Positions 57,962 through 64,000 of a stretch of 64,000 bases of DNA are shown one piece after another (positions within the stretch are counted from its first letter, which is position 1; each line of letters begins with the position of its first letter). This DNA comes from an uncultured Desulfatitalea sp. (GTDB lineage Bacteria > Desulfobacterota > Desulfobacteria > Desulfobacterales > Desulfosarcinaceae). The translations under genes were made by a program, and so were the position numbers. Location: NCBI GenBank assembly GCA_963668675.2, contig CAXXMB010000002.1, forward strand, positions 1,664,001 to 1,728,000. Direction: 5' to 3'. The notes beneath the pieces are model-generated. The model made no database searches. It saw nothing but the letters and a program-made list of their open reading frames with translations, and had not been told where the DNA came from.

Positions 57962-60900
57962 TCAAGGCTTTAACGGGTCCTCGGGAGCAGCGCTCTTTTC
58001 CGGCGACCCTTTTGGCACTGTTGCTTCCTGCCCGGATGATGGGAGAATCGGTTCAACCAGCTGAACTGGCGCTTTGAGGATGCCACCCAGTATTTCAGTG
58101 AGGCGCGTTCCCACGGCTTTGGGTGACAGGGGAATCACTTGCGGATCGTTCAGCGGGCCTTTCACGCCTATAGGAATGGCAATCAGAGTGCCCTTCAGGA
58201 TCTTGCCCACCACCGGAACGAGCCGCACTACTGAATCTACTGTGGTCAATGGCGAAGCCAGCACGGTGAGATCGAGCTGCTGGGTTGCGACATCGAGGGT
58301 GCCTGTGGCAATCATGTTCAATGCGTCTGCACGAACTTCGGCCGTTTTGAGTTCGACAAGACCGTCCTGTATGTGGAGCTGCAGCTGAAGCGAATCGTAT
58401 TTGAAAGTGCGTTTCCCCATACTTGGGTGATCGCCGGTTATCAGTTTGTTGATACTCAAGTATTCAAGAATGTTCGTAAATAGCCCTACTCGGCCCACGT
58501 TGAGCACCCGGCCGTCTACGACGTTGAAATCGACAACCCCTTGGAGATGGCGAACCAATTCGTCTTCGGTTTGGCCGAAGGTGGAGAGGTTGCCTTTGAT
58601 ATCGTAGGTACCCTCTAAACGCTCGGTGGTTTGTGCTTTGAGCAGACACCCGCTGACAAATTGCAGGGGCCGTTGTTCGGCCTGTTGCTCGCTGTCGATC
58701 CATATGCCCTTTGGCGTTCGGCGCAGCACTCCGCGAATATTGATGCCGCAAAGATTGCCTCGGTGCACTGTGATGTTCGTCTGCTCTTCCTCCAGGGCAA
58801 CCGTTGCGTGCGCTGAATCCAATGTACGCTGGTCATAAACGATCCGGTCGAACGCAACGTCGATGGCACCCCGCAGCTTAAGCTTTTTTTCCTTCGCCTG
58901 GTTGCTCTCACCAGGTAGCGCTTCCCCGACCGGTTGCATGGCCGCCACGATGCTGTCCAGATCCAATGCTTCACCGGTGACATTGAGATCGACGACCAGC
59001 TCCTCTCCGGCCGGACGCATCGAGCCGGATACCCGGGCTCGCTGGCCAGCATACGCCAGATCGAGCGTTTTGATATTCAGGGTCTCCTTTTCGGCATAAA
59101 CATCGGCAATTGCAATGTGGACGACCCCCGGCTTATCACTGGGCGCGGCAATGGGCAGGGTGAGGTCAGCCGCTTCGAGATAGCCATCGAGGGTTGATGC
59201 GAGGGGTCGATCGAGCGCCACCTTAGCCGAAAATTGCCCTTTTGCCCGGCCACGGATGCTGCTCCGTGACCACAACTTGGCAAACGTCTCCCAATCCAGG
59301 TTGCCGTCAAACCGCAGATCCAGCACCTGTGCTGCTTTGTCGAATCGAAGGGCGATATCCGCAGAAGAGTGTGCATCGGCGATGGCAAGCTGCTGAACGT
59401 CGAGTTGATGGTCATCGACGGTCAGACGAGTGCTGAGCGATACATCCTTCTGCACGTTCAAGACGCCTTCCAGGCCGAAGCGGCCTTTCGTCAGCCAAGC
59501 CTTGAGGGGGCCGCCCTGGAGTGCGACGGTCTCAGGCAAACGGCTGTAGCCGGTGCGTGTATCAATATGGTCTGCCGTGATGAACAGATCCGGGTGATCC
59601 AAGGGACCACTCAACCGAAGCCGTCCCGAAAACACGCCTTCGATCGTGTCGATCCGATCGATTTCCGCCAGCACCTCCGGATCGGAAATCAGGCGCTTGA
59701 GCACGGACGGTAGCTCGGCCAAATCCGCATCGAGCCCAATATCGAGGTCGATCGTCATGGGATCTTCGGTGAGTCCCAGTTTCAGAAAGCCGCCCGTTCC
59801 ACGGGTGTTGCCCAGGTGGACAACGGCATTCTTGACGGTCAGATCACCGTTCTTCAGTTGCCACTCCCCCTTCACGTCAGTCAGATCAAGCTCAACGCCC
59901 GGTACGAAGATCCGGCTGTCAGCGGCGAGCCCTGAGATCGCCAACTGCGGCAACTTGCCGATCTGATCCCAGGAAGCCCCGCTGCAGTTCATCTCCATCG
60001 AGGCCAGCGTGCCGCCCTGAATCACCTCGAACAGCGTCCAGCTCTGCAATTCAGGAAAGAGAGCGAGCAGAGCGCTACGCAATCGGGTGACGTCGGTCTC
60101 ACGGGCTTGAACCGACAGGCGCAAGGGGGACGACGCGACCTTCTCCCCCCACTCCCAGACGAGCTCGCCGCTCAGGTCGGCCCTGGGCAGAGCCATACGT
60201 ATCCGTTTCAAAGATGCGTCAATGCGCTGTGGCGTCAGACGGGCAGCCCCTTCCAGATCGATCTTTTCAAGGCGAATGTGCCGCCCTTCTCTTTCGATAA
60301 GAAGTTCAGGGGAACTGAAAACGATCGACGCCTGATACGCCTGCAAGCCTTTGCTTTCAACGGTCAGCGAAAGATCGACCTTGCCGCGGGGCAATTTTTC
60401 AAGACGCGCCTCATCTACAACCTCCGCCAAAGCCTCGACCTTAAAATCGGTCAGTTCAACTGCTCCTGTACCATCCAAGGTGCGTCGATCCAGTTTGGCA
60501 TCGAGCTCAAATTGTCCGGCCGTCTCTGCAGCGCCATCTATTTCGATCGACACGATGTCGCCCGCTTCGGCGGCGCTGAGATCGACACCATGGAATTGCA
60601 CCACTGCTTTTCCATGGCGATTCAGGACAACCCGGCCATCGGTAATATGCAGCTCCCAATCCGAGGGCAAATCGGCCAAAGCGTCTTTCACCTGAATGGC
60701 ATCGCGCGGCAACGATCTTGTTTCCAGTGGGGTTGGGGCCTGTCGATTTGCGGGTAATTCAATGGAGAGCTTCGGGGACTTGACAACCATCGATCTCAAT
60801 TGAATGCGACCGCGAATCAATGGCACGATGTGGGGATGAACGTCGACGCTATCGATATCAAGCGTCAGTTTACCAGGAAGGTTATAGCGAAGATCCGTCA

Positions 60901-61117
60901 ATTCAAGATGGGGCAGCGGCAGCAGGCGCGGCTCCAGATGGACGGCATCCAAGTGGCCCGGAATCGTTTCACCGGCCATTTGCAGCATCCTGGACTTGAC
61001 AGCATGGGTGTTAACGAGGAAGGGCAGGAGAAGATCGAGACCCACCACGAGGAGCGTCGCCCCTCCCACAACCCACAGGACCCATCTGGAAATCCGTCTT
61101 ATAAAATTTTCAGCCAT
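57962..61117 (-). CDS. AsmA/YhdP-like bridge-type lipid transfer protein
   Basis: N-terminal TM anchor, long beta-rich body, AsmA_2 C-terminus (G..D....LDL.V...P......VP.VG.IL, G.L.DP); start 61117 or 61153. Confidence 0.8.
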   Translation of the reverse strand: MAENFIRRISRWVLWVVGGATLLVVGLDLLLPFLVNTHAVKSRMLQMAGETIPGHLDAVHLEPRLLPLPHLELTDLRYNLPGKLTLDIDSVDVHPHIVPLIRGRIQLRSMVVKSPKLSIELPANRQAPTPLETRSLPRDAIQVKDALADLPSDWELHITDGRVVLNRHGKAVVQFHGVDLSAAEAGDIVSIEIDGAAETAGQFELDAKLDRRTLDGTGAVELTDFKVEALAEVVDEARLEKLPRGKVDLSLTVESKGLQAYQASIVFSSPELLIEREGRHIRLEKIDLEGAARLTPQRIDASLKRIRMALPRADLSGELVWEWGEKVASSPLRLSVQARETDVTRLRSALLALFPELQSWTLFEVIQGGTLASMEMNCSGASWDQIGKLPQLAISGLAADSRIFVPGVELDLTDVKGEWQLKNGDLTVKNAVVHLGNTRGTGGFLKLGLTEDPMTIDLDIGLDADLAELPSVLKRLISDPEVLAEIDRIDTIEGVFSGRLRLSGPLDHPDLFITADHIDTRTGYSRLPETVALQGGPLKAWLTKGRFGLEGVLNVQKDVSLSTRLTVDDHQLDVQQLAIADAHSSADIALRFDKAAQVLDLRFDGNLDWETFAKLWSRSSIRGRAKGQFSAKVALDRPLASTLDGYLEAADLTLPIAAPSDKPGVVHIAIADVYAEKETLNIKTLDLAYAGQRARVSGSMRPAGEELVVDLNVTGEALDLDSIVAAMQPVGEALPGESNQAKEKKLKLRGAIDVAFDRIVYDQRTLDSAHATVALEEEQTNITVHRGNLCGINIRGVLRRTPKGIWIDSEQQAEQRPLQFVSGCLLKAQTTERLEGTYDIKGNLSTFGQTEDELVRHLQGVVDFNVVDGRVLNVGRVGLFTNILEYLSINKLITGDHPSMGKRTFKYDSLQLQLHIQDGLVELKTAEVRADALNMIATGTLDVATQQLDLTVLASPLTTVDSVVRLVPVVGKILKGTLIAIPIGVKGPLNDPQVIPLSPKAVGTRLTEILGGILKAPVQLVEPILPSSGQEATVPKGSPEKSAAPEDPLKP

Positions 61118-62397
61118 AGCAGCCGGGCGGTGTGCGCCGTGGAATTCTTCCACTGCGTGGGCGTGTCGCGTTTCAAAAAAATCACATCTCCGGGTATCAT
61201 GGACTGCACCGAACTGTTGATGGTCACCTCCAGTTCACCTTCGAGCAGATAACCGAACTCCTCCCCCTTGTGGCTAAAAAAATGGGAGGGGATCTTCTTG
61301 CCGGCCCGTATCTCAAGCAGGTAAGACTCCACACCGGCACGCAGATCAGCCGGCAGCAGATGACGGCCGTCGATACTGCCCTTGGGCAGCTGGGGGAAAT
61401 GGGCCTTTTTGCCTTCACCGGAGAAAACCGTCGGCTTGCGGTCCTCTCCATTGCCGTGGAAGAAGTAGGCCACGTCCACGGTGAGCACTTGGGCCATCTT
61501 GATCAGGGCCGGCAGGGAAGGATAGATCAGATTGCTTTCGATTTGGGAGATGGTGCTGGGGGTCACACCAACCAGAGTGGCCAGCTCCTTTTGGGAGAAG
61601 CTCTGCCGCATGCGGATCGATTTGAGCCGGCTGCCCAGATCGATCTTTTCGGTAATGGGGCGGTCGGCATCAAAACCCACCGATATGCCATCGGCCCAGA
61701 AGAGTTCGGGCTTGTCCAAAGTGCCCGGGTGCCGGTTGTGGGCCTTGAGGATCGTAAGGGCGCTCTTGCCGCGGCGCATCCCCAGCTCGATGGCCACCTG
61801 GGCGATCTGGTTGATATGCGCCTTGAGCCGGTTGCTGTGGGCTCCCTTTTCGATGATCCAGTAAGCGATGGTCTCCAGCTCATAGAGCCGCGGGCAGGAA
61901 CGGGAGTAGAATTTCAGAATACTCTCTTCCCCCTCCCACAGATCCTGCATGCCGGTCAGGCTCTCGAAAATAAAACGCACATCGCCGGTCAAATTCTGAT
62001 GGATACCATAGATCGCCTCGGCCACCTTGGCCGGCTTCCACGGCTCGTTGGCTTTGATGATCTGGTAAGGCCACTGAGCGCCGTCCTTCTCATAAAACTT
62101 GGAGAAGACGGCCGAACCGTCGCCCTTGCCATGCGTGAAGCAGTCGAGAATGGTCAGGCCCGCATTCTCCGCCAAAGGCCCCAACTCCTCCAGGAGGCTT
62201 TTGGGCGAACGGTCGAAGGTGACATAGATCAGGGGCTTGTTCTGCTTCTGGGATTCTTGGATAAAGTTGAGGGTAAAGGGGAACGCCAGGCTGCCGGCTT
62301 CGTCGTACCAGATCACGTTGTCGCCGATAAAGAGACCGTCGAGGCGCTGATCGAGCGCCTTCAGTCCCGTGGAAACCCGCTTTTTCTCGCTAAACAT
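61099..62397 (-). CDS. KaiC/RecA-like domain plus XRE HTH plus cupin regulator
   Basis: STGL.ALD..L.GL..GD N-terminus, SQ.ELA..VGVT.STISQIE HTH, H.GEE.GY.L.G cupin. Confidence 0.85.
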   Translation of the reverse strand: MFSEKKRVSTGLKALDQRLDGLFIGDNVIWYDEAGSLAFPFTLNFIQESQKQNKPLIYVTFDRSPKSLLEELGPLAENAGLTILDCFTHGKGDGSAVFSKFYEKDGAQWPYQIIKANEPWKPAKVAEAIYGIHQNLTGDVRFIFESLTGMQDLWEGEESILKFYSRSCPRLYELETIAYWIIEKGAHSNRLKAHINQIAQVAIELGMRRGKSALTILKAHNRHPGTLDKPELFWADGISVGFDADRPITEKIDLGSRLKSIRMRQSFSQKELATLVGVTPSTISQIESNLIYPSLPALIKMAQVLTVDVAYFFHGNGEDRKPTVFSGEGKKAHFPQLPKGSIDGRHLLPADLRAGVESYLLEIRAGKKIPSHFFSHKGEEFGYLLEGELEVTINSSVQSMIPGDVIFLKRDTPTQWKNSTAHTARLLWLKIL

Positions 62398-62452
62398 ACC
62401 TGCTCCCAACCGTCAGAAAGGCGATCTTGATGCTGTTCTTCTTGGCCGATAT

Positions 62453-62671
62453 CTACTCCTTCGGCCACACCTCATTGTCCTGCTCGCGGCTCATGTAACA
62501 GAAGCGGGCCCACTCGAATTCACGTCCGGAGAGGGGACAGCGCAGCTTGACCTTGGCGTCGCTCACGCCCACCACTTCCCAATCGCCGTTGCGCTTGCCT
62601 CCCTCTATGTGGATCTTCTGGCCCACCTCGAAGGGATAGGGCTTGAAAAACGTCACTTTATATCGTTCCAT
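62453..62671 (-). CDS. Small hypothetical beta-rich protein
   Basis: 72-aa ORF with a strong aagggag RBS between co-oriented genes. Confidence 0.7.
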   Translation of the reverse strand: MERYKVTFFKPYPFEVGQKIHIEGGKRNGDWEVVGVSDAKVKLRCPLSGREFEWARFCYMSREQDNEVWPKE

Positions 62672-62710
62672 ATCAAACTCCCTTTCATTAAATCATAAAA
62701 TCATAGTAAG

Positions 62711-64000
62711 TCAGCTCTTCCAATAGCACAACACCTCAAAGTACACTACGGCGCCAACCAGAAGCGCCAACAACGGCACGCGCATGAGCTTGTAGACCGG
62801 AATGAGCGTGGTCTGAAAGTATTCATTGGAGAGGAGAAAGCACAGGTGCAGGGGCGACACAAGCACCCCCACAAACCCGCTGGCCAACGCCAGCATCAGA
62901 TAGGGCAGCAGCATGGCCTGGTGCCCCATGGCAGCGATCAGTGAGATCAGAATCGGAAAGGTGGTGCCCACAAAGGCGATGGTGATGCCTGCCACCCCGC
63001 CGACGAGAAACGGTAACAGCATGGTGATGGGCATGAGCGGTATATGCCAGCGCAACATTTCACGACTCACCTGATCGACGGCCCGGCTGTCCTCCAGTAT
63101 CCCTTTGAAGATCAGTATAGCGGCAACCATATAGACCATCTTGACCAGGGCGGGATTTCCGACAATGGCCCAGCGGGCCGTCCAACCCACCCCATTGGCC
63201 TGCCACACCCAGAACAGCGCGATGAACAGGGCCAGAATCAGTCCGGCCTCCTTGGAAACGGATTGGACGGCCGGGGGGAAAATCGCCGCAAACAGCACGC
63301 CGCAGGCCAACCCGAAAACGATGACAAATGCGATGGGCGCCAACTCTTTGAAAAAGGGCAAAACCGCCTTGCGGGATGAATCTGAATCGGGAGTTGGAAC
63401 CGAACCGCGTAGCGGCCAATAGCCGGCGGCCAACGCGATGATGGTGAGCGGTGCCGTCACCAGAACCAGCCGCCAGAGATCCACACCGGCCAGGGCGGTG
63501 GTGAGCAGAATCCCCGGATAGAGCGGCCACCAGTACTCCCAGATATGCCGGAACCAGTAGTTGATATAACTTAACTGCGCTGGCGAGAGGCGGTGGCCCT
63601 GCCCCAAAGACTTGACCATGGGGGCCGAAAAAATCGCCCCACCCGGCATGGGCAGCAGCCCGATCAGGGCCGGAAAGATCACCAGGTTCACTTTGGGTTT
63701 ACGGATCAACCCCTTGAATCCATCCAGCAGCCGCGCCATCTGGCCCGATTTCTCCAAGGTGTGGCTGAGCACCAGAATCAATGAAACCACAACGGCCAGG
63801 CTCATGGTCTTGGGCTGCGCCAGGGCTCCTCCGACAGAACGAATGATGGCCAGTGGCCCCATACCAAAGATGATACCCAGGCCGATCGACCCGGCCAGAA
63901 AGGCGTTGCCCAACGACCAGTTGCGCTTGATCGCCAGCAAAACCAGCACGAAAACCACCATGATGCGCACAATGGCGGGAATGGCGTCTATCCAGGGGAG
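62711..64000 (-). CDS. DUF401-family membrane protein (5' end outside the window)
   Basis: PALIGLLPMPGGA.FSAP, NYWFRH.WE..WPLYP, SP.HLC; frame open to the window edge. Confidence 0.85.
   Translation of the reverse strand, partial: LPWIDAIPAIVRIMVVFVLVLLAIKRNWSLGNAFLAGSIGLGIIFGMGPLAIIRSVGGALAQPKTMSLAVVVSLILVLSHTLEKSGQMARLLDGFKGLIRKPKVNLVIFPALIGLLPMPGGAIFSAPMVKSLGQGHRLSPAQLSYINYWFRHIWEYWWPLYPGILLTTALAGVDLWRLVLVTAPLTIIALAAGYWPLRGSVPTPDSDSSRKAVLPFFKELAPIAFVIVFGLACGVLFAAIFPPAVQSVSKEAGLILALFIALFWVWQANGVGWTARWAIVGNPALVKMVYMVAAILIFKGILEDSRAVDQVSREMLRWHIPLMPITMLLPFLVGGVAGITIAFVGTTFPILISLIAAMGHQAMLLPYLMLALASGFVGVLVSPLHLCFLLSNEYFQTTLIPVYKLMRVPLLALLVGAVVYFEVLCYWKS

Overview
GC-rich bacterial chromosomal window. 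Gene content (RACo/ASKHA, CooC, TupABC, ETF-QO, 2-hydroxyacyl-CoA dehydratase) suggests an anaerobic Desulfobacterota, probably Desulfobacterales-like; this is inference. Left to right: a PocR-GAF-PAS-GGDEF diguanylate cyclase behind a sigma54-type promoter and a c-di-GMP-I riboswitch; mlaC-mlaA; a four-gene operon (zinc-ribbon/degenerate GGDEF protein, processive GT2 synthase, TolC fused to a GH18-like barrel, HlyD); a CooC-HDAC-AcuB-PrmA-MBL-sirtuin-RACo run; phasin-UbiB, CBM48, ETF-QO, a tRNA thiolase, SDR and rlmN; the ffh-rpsP-khpA-rimM-trmD-rplS-rnhB-yraN-rsmI block; a TaoR-like regulator with tupABC; an orphan FlhG-kinase-regulator operon; a TetR/acyl-CoA ligase/radical dehydratase locus divergent from an ILVBL/HACL2-like ThDP enzyme; accessory genes; AsmA, a KaiC-like/XRE/cupin regulator and DUF401. 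Several palindromic repeat families are present. I saw no tRNA, rRNA, CRISPR array, transposase or prophage. The two best candidates for undescribed systems are (1) the putative c-di-GMP-controlled GT2-HlyD-TolC/GH polysaccharide export operon at 4610-10730 and (2) a possible oxygen-independent alpha-oxidation or formyl-CoA C1 module at 45194-54037. All family calls come from motif recognition by eye, with no database searches.
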